Below, one piece after another: positions 8,426 to 17,877 of a stretch of 64,000 bases of DNA. The notes under the pieces were generated by a model, which ran no database searches, had not been told where the DNA came from, and worked only from the letters and a program-made list of their open reading frames with translations. A program made the position numbers and the translations under genes. The DNA lies in contig JAABRE010000004.1 in assembly GCA_011391125.1 (NCBI GenBank), positions 26,921-90,920 of the forward strand, in the 5' to 3' direction. The stretch comes from Synechococcales cyanobacterium S06. GTDB lineage: Bacteria; Cyanobacteriota; Cyanobacteriia; Cyanobacteriales; JAABRE01. The first letter of the stretch is position 1, and every line of letters starts with the position of its first letter.

Positions 8426-9241
8426 TTATTTTGCCAAAGGCTTGTTCAGCACATACAACCAAAATAAGCCGAAAATGCCAAGGGCGATCGCCCCTAAGCT
8501 GACCATTTGTGCCATTTTTACGGGTCCGAACATCAAACTATCGGTGCGTAAAGCTTCAATCCAAACTCGGCCGCAACTATAAGCAATTAAATAAACAAAA
8601 GTTAGGGTGCCAATTTTTAACTTATTTGTATTCTTTAATCCCCAAAAAAATAAGCCAATTAATAAGGCAAAAACTCCTAAATTCCAGATAGATTCATACA
8701 AAAAAGTCGGATGAAAATACTGCTCATTAATGTAGGCTAAAGGGCGATTCATCGGCGGAATATATAACTTCCAAGGGAGATTTGTGGGAGCTCCAAATGC
8801 TTCTGAATTGAAAAAGTTTCCCCAACGACCAATTGCTTGCCCTAATATTAATCCTGGTGTCATTAAATCTGCCAATTCCCAAAAAGAAATCCGATTTAAA
8901 CGCGCAAAAATTAAGCCCGCTAAACTGCCACCAATAAGCGCTCCATGGATTGCAATTCCACCTTTCCAAATGGCTATAATATCCTGTGGATGTTGAGCAT
9001 AACTTTGCCATTCAAAGGCAACATAATAAATTCTAGCACCAAGAATAGCCGCAATTACTGCCCAAATGATAAAATCAGCAATTAAGTTTGGATCGAAATT
9101 TCGACGTTGGGCTAAATTTTGCGCTAAAGTCAGACCAATTAATAAGGCTGATGCAATCAATAAACCATACCAACGTATTTGGATTAATCCTAAATCTAAC
9201 AAAATCGGACCAGGAGATTGAAATTGAAAAGCGATAATCAT
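8426..9241 (-). CDS. lgt: Prolipoprotein diacylglyceryl transferase
   Basis: Polytopic membrane protein with [13 protein letters not shown] and the IRWYGLL Lgt signatures. 271 aa. Confidence 0.9.
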   Translation of the reverse strand: MIIAFQFQSPGPILLDLGLIQIRWYGLLIASALLIGLTLAQNLAQRRNFDPNLIADFIIWAVIAAILGARIYYVAFEWQSYAQHPQDIIAIWKGGIAIHGALIGGSLAGLIFARLNRISFWELADLMTPGLILGQAIGRWGNFFNSEAFGAPTNLPWKLYIPPMNRPLAYINEQYFHPTFLYESIWNLGVFALLIGLFFWGLKNTNKLKIGTLTFVYLIAYSCGRVWIEALRTDSLMFGPVKMAQMVSLGAIALGIFGLFWLYVLNKPLAK

Positions 9242-9246
9242 GTCTT

Positions 9247-9274
9247 AGTTACCAGTTACCAGTTGTCAGTTATT
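9247..9274. repeat. Heptanucleotide tandem repeat (AGTTACC-type, 4 units) abutting the lgt start codon
   Basis: AGTTACC AGTTACC AGTTGTC AGTTATT, read directly. Confidence 0.8.
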
Positions 9275-9377
9275 AATGATTATAGTCAACCACTAAAGTT
9301 AAATTTCATTAAATTATTACCTTTTTTACTCTAATTTGCGATAAAAATAGTTATGTAAAAAAAGAACATGATTGATA

Positions 9378-9698
9378 ATGGCTAAATATTTTTTAATCGA
9401 GTCGCGAAGTCCCTTTGATTCTCCTGAAGTTAACAACAATTATCAGTTGGCTTTAGATTTAGCTAATGGTGGTAATCAGGTAACATTATTTTTGGTGGAA
9501 AATGGCGTTTTTGTTGCTAGGAAAACGGCACAAACTGAAAGTTTAGATAAGTTAACCAATCTAACTTTGTTAGCTGACGATTTCTCCTTGCGCGAAAGGG
9601 GAATTTCTACCGATGAAATCAAAAATAATATTAAAGTTGTTGAGATTAGCTCTGTTGTAGAAGCGATGGCAACAGGGACAAAAACTATGTGGTTATAG
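9378..9698 (+). CDS. DsrE/DsrF-like sulfur-relay family protein
   Basis: MAKYFLIESRSPFDS...VTLFLVENGV resembles the DsrE/TusD fold family. It is first of three adjacent small paralogous genes. I prefer the ATG at 9378 over the TTG at 9372. Confidence 0.5.
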   Translation: MAKYFLIESRSPFDSPEVNNNYQLALDLANGGNQVTLFLVENGVFVARKTAQTESLDKLTNLTLLADDFSLRERGISTDEIKNNIKVVEISSVVEAMATGTKTMWL

Positions 9699-9713
9699 GG
9701 AGATATAAATTTA

Positions 9714-10121
9714 ATGAGCGATACTACTTTAACTTTTTTAATTATGGATGCTCCTTTTGAACAAGCGCGCACAACTACCGCTTTTAGAATGATGGAAGCG
9801 GCTTTAGAAAAGGGCTACAATGTCAATGTTTTTGCCTATGAAGGGGGCGTTTCTCTCTCTTTTGCTTTACAACAACCCCACGCAAATGCGGTCCATGGGC
9901 GCACTTTTGAGGAGGAACAACACCCTTTGACTAGGGAATGGATTGCCGCTTTGCATAAAAAAGCTCAAGAAAAAGGGCTTGTTTTTGATTGGGTCAATTG
10001 TGGACTTTGTGTGGATGAACGCGGGGTCAATGAGGCCATTGACGGTTGTCGTCGCGGTGGACCACGGGATTTCTTAGGGTGGGCTAATCAATCTAATAGT
10101 TTGGTAATTGGTACAAGATAG
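9714..10121 (+). CDS. DsrE-like sulfur-relay family protein
   Basis: LTFLIMDAPFEQ...NVNVFAYEGGV, with a Cys-containing NCGLCVDERG segment reminiscent of the DsrE/TusD active-site region. Confidence 0.55.
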   Translation: MSDTTLTFLIMDAPFEQARTTTAFRMMEAALEKGYNVNVFAYEGGVSLSFALQQPHANAVHGRTFEEEQHPLTREWIAALHKKAQEKGLVFDWVNCGLCVDERGVNEAIDGCRRGGPRDFLGWANQSNSLVIGTR

Positions 10122-10131
10122 GAGAACATTG

Positions 10132-10512
10132 ATGAAAGCTTTACAAATTATACAGTCTGGCTATCGTTGTACTATTGAAGAACAAGACGATCCAGTTATC
10201 TGGTTTATTCAAGTTTTGAAAACTGCTGAAGGTGAGGTGGATATTGTTCTTAGAGGCAATGCTGTTAATTATGCAGTCATTAGTCAAGATGCTTCGGGTT
10301 TGAGTTTTGGTACTTGGACACAAACTCAACCCAGTAAGATGGATCAAGATTTACAACAGGCTATTGATCAGGGTATCACTGTTTATGCGATCGCTGAAGA
10401 TATAGCCATTAGAGGTATTCCCGAAAGTAAATTATTAACTGGAATTAAGCAAATTTCTCGCTTAGAATTTGCCAATTTATTTAATAATTATGACCAAGTT
10501 TGGACTTGGTAA
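10132..10512 (+). CDS. DsrH/DsrF-like small protein, third member of the putative sulfur-relay trio
   Basis: The ATG at 10132 is preceded by AGGAGA. Size and position match a TusB/DsrH-like third subunit. No strong motif was seen. Confidence 0.4.
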   Translation: MKALQIIQSGYRCTIEEQDDPVIWFIQVLKTAEGEVDIVLRGNAVNYAVISQDASGLSFGTWTQTQPSKMDQDLQQAIDQGITVYAIAEDIAIRGIPESKLLTGIKQISRLEFANLFNNYDQVWTW

Positions 10513-10600
10513 TTAACAATTAATAATTGACAATCATCGTTGTTGCGCTTTAGGTCTATCTGCTTGAAGGGCAACAACGGGATATTTTTAAAATCGTTAA

Positions 10601-10799
10601 TTAGGGTTTACGGAAAAAAGCTGACAGCTATGTAGATCAATACTTTCAAGTTGGTGGGACTTGAATTAAGGGCAAGGATTTCAACAAATAATCGTAAAAA
10701 ACCTTACATTTACGGGGATTAATCAAGATTTTTGCTCCTCAAAAGACCCGGTCAAACTATCAACTCGCCCTCACCAGCCCTTTATTCAGCAAACCCTAA
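10601..10799. mobile_element. MITE-like element with TTAGGGTTT / AAACCCTAA termini
   Basis: The left end is TTAGGGTTTACGG and the right end is CAGCAAACCCTAA. Its first ~132 bp recur at 14799-14930 with high identity. No ORF is present. Confidence 0.65.
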
Positions 10800-10802
10800 T
10801 TA

Positions 10803-12287
10803 TTAAATGTCTAATAGGTTATATTTTTCCTGAAAAGATAATAGTTTTATCCTCGCTTCTCCGGCGTTATCTGCTAAATCTGCAAACTCGACAAAGCGTT
10901 TTAATTCCTTTTTTAAAAGGTTTTTTTCTATTTGCCAAGTATCGCGATCTAATTCCGGCGGCATAACAATCATATCAAATAAAGTGGCTCTATTTTTATC
11001 AGGATGGGGGCGTAAAATTCGCCCGCGACGCTGGATAAATTGCCGAGGATTTCCTGTGCTGGCTAAAATTACGGCATTTTTAATGGCAGGAATATCAATT
11101 CCTTCATCTAAACAGCGAATTGCGACTAAACCTTGTAAGTCTCCATTTTCAAATTGTATCCTCATATTTTCCCGCTCATTTAAGTTAGTTTCTGCGGTAT
11201 AAATATTAACTCGATAGCCCAATTCTTTCCCTAAAATACGGGTAACTTCTGTTATTTGACGTTTATATGCAGTATCTTCTCCTGCTACATTTCCATCACC
11301 ACAATAAAATAAGGTATGGGAGGTGTTTAACCTAGTTTCCATTAACTCTTTTAAGACTTCTAATTTATTATGTGCCGCTCCAATTAAACGCGCTCTTTTC
11401 ATTAATAATGAGGTTAAATTATCGTTATTTTCTAATTTAGTTGACTTATTTAATGCCCAACCAATTTTCTGGGTTAATTTGGCATAATTGTAACTTTCTC
11501 CTTGGGTTAAATTTACCAGTATGGGATAATATAAATAATGGACTAATGCGCCTTTATTGATAGCATCAGCTAGGGTAAATTCTGGTTGCAAAATATCACC
11601 AAAATACTGGAATAAATTATCTGTACCTTCTTCGTCAAAATACCTTTCTGGTGTCGCGGATAGGGCTAATCTTAAGCCAATATTGCGGGGTAAACTTGCT
11701 TCTAAACGAGGTGAACCTAAGTTGTGTGCTTCGTCACCAATGATTAAACTTTTCGCCGGAAAAAACTTTAATTGGGATTGAAAACTGTCACTAATTAAGG
11801 TGGAATTGGTGGTAATTACTGTTAAAAATTTCTGCTGATTACTGCGAATATTATACAATTGTGTCGATAAATTATCATGCCAATTATTAACATTTTCAAA
11901 GGCTAAAATCGCTTGTAAATTAAATTTTTCGCATTCTCTCCCCCACTGGGTAACTAAATGGCGAAAGGGACAAATTATAAGCAGGACTTTTAATTCAATT
12001 TGCTGGTAAAGTTCGGAAGCGATGGCCAATCCAATGATAGTTTTACCACTGCCGGTGGCCATTTTTAAGGTGCCTCTACCTTTGTTTTTCAACCAATTTA
12101 CCACCGCAGTTTTTTGATAATCTCGAAGTTGAATATTCGCCGGAATTTGGGGATAATTTTCCTTTTTTGTGTGATAAAAGACCTGGTTTTCAGATACTTT
12201 TAAAACAGTCTTAGATTTAAGATATTCTTGGGCTATTTTGTCCCAATTAATATCTAAATTTTCCTCGGTTTTATTAAGAAAATACAT
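10803..12287 (-). CDS. Superfamily 2 DEAD/DEAH-box helicase (ResIII/SSL2-like)
   Basis: Motif I is MATGSGKT, motif II is IGDEAHNLG, followed by SATPER, and motif VI is QRRGRILR. Confidence 0.8.
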   Translation of the reverse strand: MYFLNKTEENLDINWDKIAQEYLKSKTVLKVSENQVFYHTKKENYPQIPANIQLRDYQKTAVVNWLKNKGRGTLKMATGSGKTIIGLAIASELYQQIELKVLLIICPFRHLVTQWGRECEKFNLQAILAFENVNNWHDNLSTQLYNIRSNQQKFLTVITTNSTLISDSFQSQLKFFPAKSLIIGDEAHNLGSPRLEASLPRNIGLRLALSATPERYFDEEGTDNLFQYFGDILQPEFTLADAINKGALVHYLYYPILVNLTQGESYNYAKLTQKIGWALNKSTKLENNDNLTSLLMKRARLIGAAHNKLEVLKELMETRLNTSHTLFYCGDGNVAGEDTAYKRQITEVTRILGKELGYRVNIYTAETNLNERENMRIQFENGDLQGLVAIRCLDEGIDIPAIKNAVILASTGNPRQFIQRRGRILRPHPDKNRATLFDMIVMPPELDRDTWQIEKNLLKKELKRFVEFADLADNAGEARIKLLSFQEKYNLLDI

Positions 12288-12353
12288 AATCTCAAATAAT
12301 TAAAATATCCTAAATTTTTAGGATAACAAAAAATAAAAGCGATGAGACCAGAA

Positions 12354-13643
12354 TTAATTGATTGCGAGAGGAGCAAAGACAGTTAAACTGTCAGGAATAC
12401 ATTTAATTTCTATGGGAGTTGTGCCAATAATTTCCCCATCTATAACCACTTTTTGCGGTGGATTTGTGCTTACTTTGATTTTTTCAGTACGTAAACAAAT
12501 TAAATCTTCTCTATTAGTGGGAGTTTTGACTAAAGCGGAAGTAAAAAGACTCGCGAGGGCTTGAATTGCCTGTAATGGTGTTTTACTGGTAGCGATGGTA
12601 ATGTCTAATAAACCATCATTGAAGTTCACATCACCTGAACCTTGAGCTAAAACCGAGGTTGGTGGAGCTGCATTAGCGATAGTAATACCATTAGTCTGCA
12701 TTTTAGTAACTTTAGAATCAATTTCGATGGTGGTTTCAAATAATTCTTGTTCCTGAATTTGCTGAAAGCCTGCAAATATATAAGCAAGAATACCTAAACG
12801 ATTTTTCATTTCTCGGTCAGCTTTGTCGATGGTTTCTGCGCCAAAACCGATACCGGCAATTAATAACATGGAAATATCATTACAAAGGGCTGTATCAACA
12901 ACTTTTGTTGCCCCCCTACGAATAGTCTCACAAGCTCCTTGAATCTGAGTAGGAATACCTAAAGCCACAGAAAAAGAATTAGCTGTACCTCTGGGGATAA
13001 TTCCGAGAGGAATTTTCGTGCCAATGACAGATCTGGCAACTTCCGAAACTGTACCATCTCCACCGGAAGCAATAATAAAATTATCTTCTTGTTGAGCTGA
13101 AGTTTGGATTTGGGCGATAATTTTTTCGACTTGGCTAGTGACACTAAGATCAGCACGAGTAAAGATCACATTCAGGTGAATATCTGGCTGAAGAAAATTT
13201 CTAATTAAATCCAGTTCTTGATCAGGATTACCTTGGCCGGCCACGGGATTAAAGATTAAATGGCCAATTCTAGTTTTACCTAATAAATGAATAATAGCAA
13301 ATGCGGTGGCTAAATTAGTTGCCAAGGGTACATTATAAACCTCACAAATGCGCAATAAAGCCTTAATATCAGGTTCGTGGGGTTGAGCATATAAGGGATC
13401 AATCAAAAAAATAACGGCGGTAATTTCGCCCTTAACGATTTGAGCTGCAATTTGTGTATCTCCTCCGAATGGTCCAGAGGCCATTTTTTCCACTTCTAAA
13501 CCGGTTTCCTGTTCGATTTTTTGCCCTGTTGTACCAGTAGCAATCAGATGATAACGGGAAAAAATAGAAATGTATTGTTTCACAAAATTAACAAGATCAT
13601 TTTTCTTGTTATCATGGGCAATTAAAGCTATATTTGTTGGCAT
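12354..13643 (-). CDS. Fusion of methylglyoxal synthase-like and diacylglycerol/lipid kinase (YegS-like) domains
   Basis: The N-terminal ~125 aa read IALIAHDNKKNDLV...LIATGTTG...PHEPD (MGS-like). The C-terminal part has ASGGDGTVSEV and IIPRGTANSF (DAGK catalytic domain). Confidence 0.75.
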   Translation of the reverse strand: MPTNIALIAHDNKKNDLVNFVKQYISIFSRYHLIATGTTGQKIEQETGLEVEKMASGPFGGDTQIAAQIVKGEITAVIFLIDPLYAQPHEPDIKALLRICEVYNVPLATNLATAFAIIHLLGKTRIGHLIFNPVAGQGNPDQELDLIRNFLQPDIHLNVIFTRADLSVTSQVEKIIAQIQTSAQQEDNFIIASGGDGTVSEVARSVIGTKIPLGIIPRGTANSFSVALGIPTQIQGACETIRRGATKVVDTALCNDISMLLIAGIGFGAETIDKADREMKNRLGILAYIFAGFQQIQEQELFETTIEIDSKVTKMQTNGITIANAAPPTSVLAQGSGDVNFNDGLLDITIATSKTPLQAIQALASLFTSALVKTPTNREDLICLRTEKIKVSTNPPQKVVIDGEIIGTTPIEIKCIPDSLTVFAPLAIN

Positions 13644-13697
13644 TTTAGTTCTTAATTATTAATTATTTTCAATTATATTGTAGATGGAGATAAATAT

Positions 13698-14570
13698 CTA
13701 ACAGATTGATCTTCTTTTGATCAGAGAGTTTAGGTCAATCTTACCTATTTCTAAAAGGGTCGATATTTTTAGGGATACTTGAGTAAGATTAAATTTTTGT
13801 TGTAAATTGGTTTCTATTATTTGGGGCGAAAATGTGGGTTTAACTAATAAATTTACGGTGAGAATATTTTGGTTTAATTCTAAGTTTTCAATCTGGATAA
13901 TCTCAGGTAAATTCCTTAAATATGTTTCAATATCTGTTTTTTTATCTAATAATTTATGACAACTTTTGATAATTAAAGGAATAGCAGTTAAACCAATTAA
14001 AATTGCCACAAATAAACTAATAATAGTATCAGCCCAATAAAAGTTAAATAACCAGATAGATAAAGCCGCTATAATTACCCCAATTGAGCTAATTATATCT
14101 CCAATAATATGTAAAAAAGCCCCTTGTAAATTGAGATCATTTTGACTATCTTTATGCAAGATAAAAGCATTAATTCCATTAATAATTAAACCTAATAAAG
14201 CGGTAATTAACATGGGAAAACTGACTATTTCCGTAGGAGGATGTTGTAAATGTTTGCTCCCTTCCCAAATAATTAAACCTCCCATAGTAAACAATCCTAA
14301 CCCATTAATTAAAGCAGCTACTATTTCAATTTTACTATTAATAAAAACTCTTTTACTAGCCATCCAACTAGCTAACACAGCCAAAATTAAGGCCAAACTA
14401 TCAGAAATTGTATGACCAGATTCCGCTTTTAAAGCTAAACTATGGGTAGATAAAGCTACCATAAATTCCACTACAGAAAATCCACTAATTAAAATTAAAG
14501 TAGTCAATAAAAGCCGAATTTTGGGGTTTTGATGGGTTTGATAACAGTTGGTATTTTGACAATCTAACAT
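13698..14570 (-). CDS. Cation diffusion facilitator family transporter (CzcD-like)
   Basis: Six predicted TM segments with HTISDSLALI and HIIGDIISSIGV metal-site motifs. Confidence 0.8.
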   Translation of the reverse strand: MLDCQNTNCYQTHQNPKIRLLLTTLILISGFSVVEFMVALSTHSLALKAESGHTISDSLALILAVLASWMASKRVFINSKIEIVAALINGLGLFTMGGLIIWEGSKHLQHPPTEIVSFPMLITALLGLIINGINAFILHKDSQNDLNLQGAFLHIIGDIISSIGVIIAALSIWLFNFYWADTIISLFVAILIGLTAIPLIIKSCHKLLDKKTDIETYLRNLPEIIQIENLELNQNILTVNLLVKPTFSPQIIETNLQQKFNLTQVSLKISTLLEIGKIDLNSLIKRRSIC

Positions 14571-14715
14571 TAAGGATACTTAAATAATTTTTACTTTCAA
14601 AAGTGTGCTAATTTGTATTATCATTATTATAAATCAAAAATAAACGGCTCTCTCAACATCTTGTGGAATAATCTATATTATATTACAAATACTGTAGGGG
14701 TGAACGGCCGTATTT

Positions 14716-14750
14716 CAGTTATCAGTTATCAGTTATCAGTTATCAGTTAA
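14716..14750. repeat. Heptanucleotide tandem repeat CAGTTAT x4 plus CAGTTAA
   Basis: Read directly. Confidence 0.9.
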
Positions 14751-14798
14751 CAACTTTTAAGTCAGTGAGTTAATAGTTATTCTCCTCTTACTTCTTAC

Positions 14799-14930
14799 TT
14801 AGGGTTTACTGAAAAAAGCTAACAGCCATGTAGATCAACATTTTCAAGTTAGTTGGACTTGAATTAAGTGCAAGGATTTCAACAAATAATAGTAAAAAAC
14901 CTTACATTTACGGGGATTAATCAAGATTTT
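14799..14930. repeat. Second copy of the left ~132 bp of the TTAGGGTTT element
   Basis: Aligns by eye to 10601-10733 with few mismatches, for example ...CTTGAATTAAG(G/T)GCAAGGATTTCAACAAATAAT.... Confidence 0.8.
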
Positions 14931-15065
14931 GGCGTTGCATGACTCTGAGATGAAATTGTAGGGGCAATCCCTTGTGGTTGCCCCCGAAACGCTGATAGGG
15001 TAGGGACAAGCCCTACCCCTACATTGAAAATAAATATCAAATCATCTTGCATAGGTGCAACGCCA
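14931..15065. repeat. Inverted-repeat-bounded insert (GGCGTTGCA ... TGCAACGCC) with internal G/C hairpins
   Basis: The 9-bp terminal inverted repeat is perfect. Internal hairpins are GTAGGGGCAATCCCTTGTGGTTGCCCCC and GGGTAGGGACAAGCCCTACCC. It sits where the 14799 copy diverges from the 10601 copy. Confidence 0.6.
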
Positions 15066-15106
15066 AACCTATTACCTAATTACCATTATTGGCGATTTGT
15101 CTATTG

Positions 15107-17542
15107 CTACAACCAATTGCCAATAATAGTAAAAGGAGACCAAACACCGGGGTGATTATAATTGGAGTCTTTAATCATTTTAATTTGCGCTTGTCTTAAA
15201 GCTTCAGCTTTGGTAACTCCGGGTTTTTTCAACTGTGTGTAAAATTCTTCAATTAAAGGCACAGTAGCCTGATCATTAATATACCATAGCGTCGCCAAAG
15301 CCGAAGAAGCACCAGCGCGCACTGCAACCCCCGCAATTCCCAATGTTGATCTATCGTCCCCGGCTGCCGTTTGACACGCACTCATGGTTAATAATTCCAC
15401 AGGTGCAGAGGTTGGCCGTGACCTCAAGATGTTGTCTAGTTCACTAATGCTAATATTTTGATCAAATCCCACTAAAAAGGTATTTTCACCATCAACGCCA
15501 AATTTACCATGGGTGGCTATATGAACAATGGGGTAAGTTTTGCGGCTTATTTGTTCTTCAAAGTTGCTTAAGGTGAAGTCTTGGTTGATTAATTCTTGGC
15601 TCGGTAAAATATTGGCGATCGCTTTCAACTCGGCTGCGACATTATTCAAAGGTGCAAAAGGTGGTTTAGCGACGGTTAAACCAACGGCCAAAACTTCCAA
15701 TTTGTCTTTATTTAAGAATTTCCCGGTGGTAAGACTCAAACTAGGGGTAGTCGCCAAGGGATATTTTTCGATTAAAAACTCATTACCGTCAGAAAGTGCC
15801 GCAAAGGAAATATTCCTCAAAATACCGTCATTAATTATTAACAGGGTATTCGGGTTAATCTTGGCTAATTCTGCTTCCATGGGGCGAATGAGCAAGTCAT
15901 AAAATTTGCGAGTAAGGGGAATATACTGCTCCGTGGCGCGATATTCTTGAAAATAGCGCAATTGAGTGACTTCTTTTTCGATTTCCTGTTTAGTTAAAGC
16001 TACCCGATAATTTTTCATGTCACCATTAGGGGCACGTAAAATCATTTCCAGATAGTCATCTAAGATGACAGAATAGATTACCGCAGTGTTACTTTGTTGT
16101 AAAATCTGTTCGACGGAAATTGTTTGATCTACCTCTACACATTCATCGCCAAAAAAGTTTTCTAACTCCGCTAATTTGAGTAATTCCAAAGTATCAATAA
16201 CTTGTTTTAAATTATTATTACTAGGAGAAATTGCCTGTTTTTCTAATAATAAACTAACTAATTGACGATAAACCGGTTCGACTTGCTCCCGAAAATCAAA
16301 CTGCACATCTTGATTAACCGCAACTAAATCACCGCGAATATTTTGTAAAGAGGCGATCGCCTGCTGATAAGATAGAATAGCCTTTTCTGTATTTTGAGTA
16401 GCCTTAAAAATACGGCCAGCTTGCCATTGCCAACGATAAAGACTATCAAAAGCATTCACACTTTGGGCCATAAATTGAGCTTGTTGGGTTAATTCCGTTG
16501 CTTTGTTATAATTTTTTTGTTCCTCATAAAATTTTCCTAAACTCCCGATGGCAAAAGATTCTGTGCGTTTATCTTGTAAATTTTTAGCGATAGTTACCGC
16601 AGTTTCAAGGGAGTTTAAATTTTCTTGAGCATCTAACTTATCCGAAATATTAATTAAAGCATAAACCTGACGATAAGAAGGCGCTAAAGATAAAATTTCA
16701 CCTTTAACTCTTGACCAATTACTAACAGTTTTACCATTAAGTTTATCCTGTAAATGATATAAATTCATTAACCCTTTAATCGACTCAAAACCGACTCCAG
16801 TTTCAGCACTTTCCACAAATAAAATTTTAGCTTGCTTTAAATCTTCATCGGCAGTTTGGCGAAAATTTTTCGCCAATATTTCATCACCTTCTTTAACAGC
16901 AGAATCGGCTAAAGTAGCAGCACGAAAACCACTATTAACATAGACATTACCTAAATTATTTAAAGTAGTAGCAATGTAATCATAATTATTAGATTGACGG
17001 GCTAAATTTAACGCTAATTCTAAGGTTTTTTTCCCTTGTTCAAAATCACCCAACGCAGCTTGACCATTTCCTAAAATTCCCGCAGCAGCCATTAAAGTCG
17101 GCCTATCTTGATTAGTTTGCGCCATTTTCAGCCCTTCTTCTGAGAGACTAATCGCTTTTCTATGTTGTCCTAAATTAGCATAAGTTTGCGCTTGTTCTGT
17201 TAAAATAGCCGCTATATTGCCCTGATTTTCACTACGATAAATTTTCAAAGTTTCATCCCAAGAAGTAATCGCCAAATCCAGTTTTCCCCCTTGTTGATAT
17301 GCCAAAGCTAAATTATTATAAATAGTAGCTTTGTCCATGGAATTGGTAATTTGTGGTAACACGGCTTGCCAAAGGGCGATCGCCTCTGATATATTACCTT
17401 TTTGATAGGCTTCAATTCCCTGTTGAGTTATTTGATTATTTGTCGTGGCTCCGACAACTTGAGAATTAGCAAAACCCACGGAAATTAGAGTTACTAAAAA
17501 TAAACCACTACCGAGTAATTTTGGCGCATTTAATTGAAACAT
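15107..17542 (-). CDS. Secreted TPR-repeat protein with a C-terminal CHAT (caspase-like) protease domain
   Basis: N-terminal signal-like segment, multiple TPR-like repeats (ALAYQQGGKLDLAI and similar), and a C-terminal HIATHGKF ... MSACQTAAGD His/Cys dyad context. Confidence 0.75.
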   Translation of the reverse strand: MFQLNAPKLLGSGLFLVTLISVGFANSQVVGATTNNQITQQGIEAYQKGNISEAIALWQAVLPQITNSMDKATIYNNLALAYQQGGKLDLAITSWDETLKIYRSENQGNIAAILTEQAQTYANLGQHRKAISLSEEGLKMAQTNQDRPTLMAAAGILGNGQAALGDFEQGKKTLELALNLARQSNNYDYIATTLNNLGNVYVNSGFRAATLADSAVKEGDEILAKNFRQTADEDLKQAKILFVESAETGVGFESIKGLMNLYHLQDKLNGKTVSNWSRVKGEILSLAPSYRQVYALINISDKLDAQENLNSLETAVTIAKNLQDKRTESFAIGSLGKFYEEQKNYNKATELTQQAQFMAQSVNAFDSLYRWQWQAGRIFKATQNTEKAILSYQQAIASLQNIRGDLVAVNQDVQFDFREQVEPVYRQLVSLLLEKQAISPSNNNLKQVIDTLELLKLAELENFFGDECVEVDQTISVEQILQQSNTAVIYSVILDDYLEMILRAPNGDMKNYRVALTKQEIEKEVTQLRYFQEYRATEQYIPLTRKFYDLLIRPMEAELAKINPNTLLIINDGILRNISFAALSDGNEFLIEKYPLATTPSLSLTTGKFLNKDKLEVLAVGLTVAKPPFAPLNNVAAELKAIANILPSQELINQDFTLSNFEEQISRKTYPIVHIATHGKFGVDGENTFLVGFDQNISISELDNILRSRPTSAPVELLTMSACQTAAGDDRSTLGIAGVAVRAGASSALATLWYINDQATVPLIEEFYTQLKKPGVTKAEALRQAQIKMIKDSNYNHPGVWSPFTIIGNWL

Positions 17543-17877
17543 AACTGTATATAAAATAAACGTAAATCTGATGTATATTTTAATATAAACTCAGGGCAAT
17601 TAACAATTAATAATTACGGATTATTAAGACCCGATTTTTCCTTTTAGGTCACTTACTTGACAAATTATCGCTTTTGTGCATTACCCGTAAATTAAGAAAA
17701 AAGAGGAAAAAATTAAGGCCTAGACTAAAGATTAAAATGAGTTTCAGGAGTTTATTAACCGAGGTATTTTCATCAGTTTTATCCTGACTGTTTGAGGTAG
17801 GTTGGCGAGAATATTTGGTTTTTTTACTAATCCTTAAATTTTCAGAAATCCGATTCCTAGAAATCGAATTTCTACCA

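Noticed and set aside
8727-9011. ORFs nested in or antisense to lgt (8509-8691, 8727-9011, 8784-8996), with similar nested ORFs in the helicase, CHAT, serA and tubulin-like genes
   Set aside because: They are short, overlap strongly supported long CDSs and carry no motifs. They are typical shadow ORFs in an AT-rich genome.
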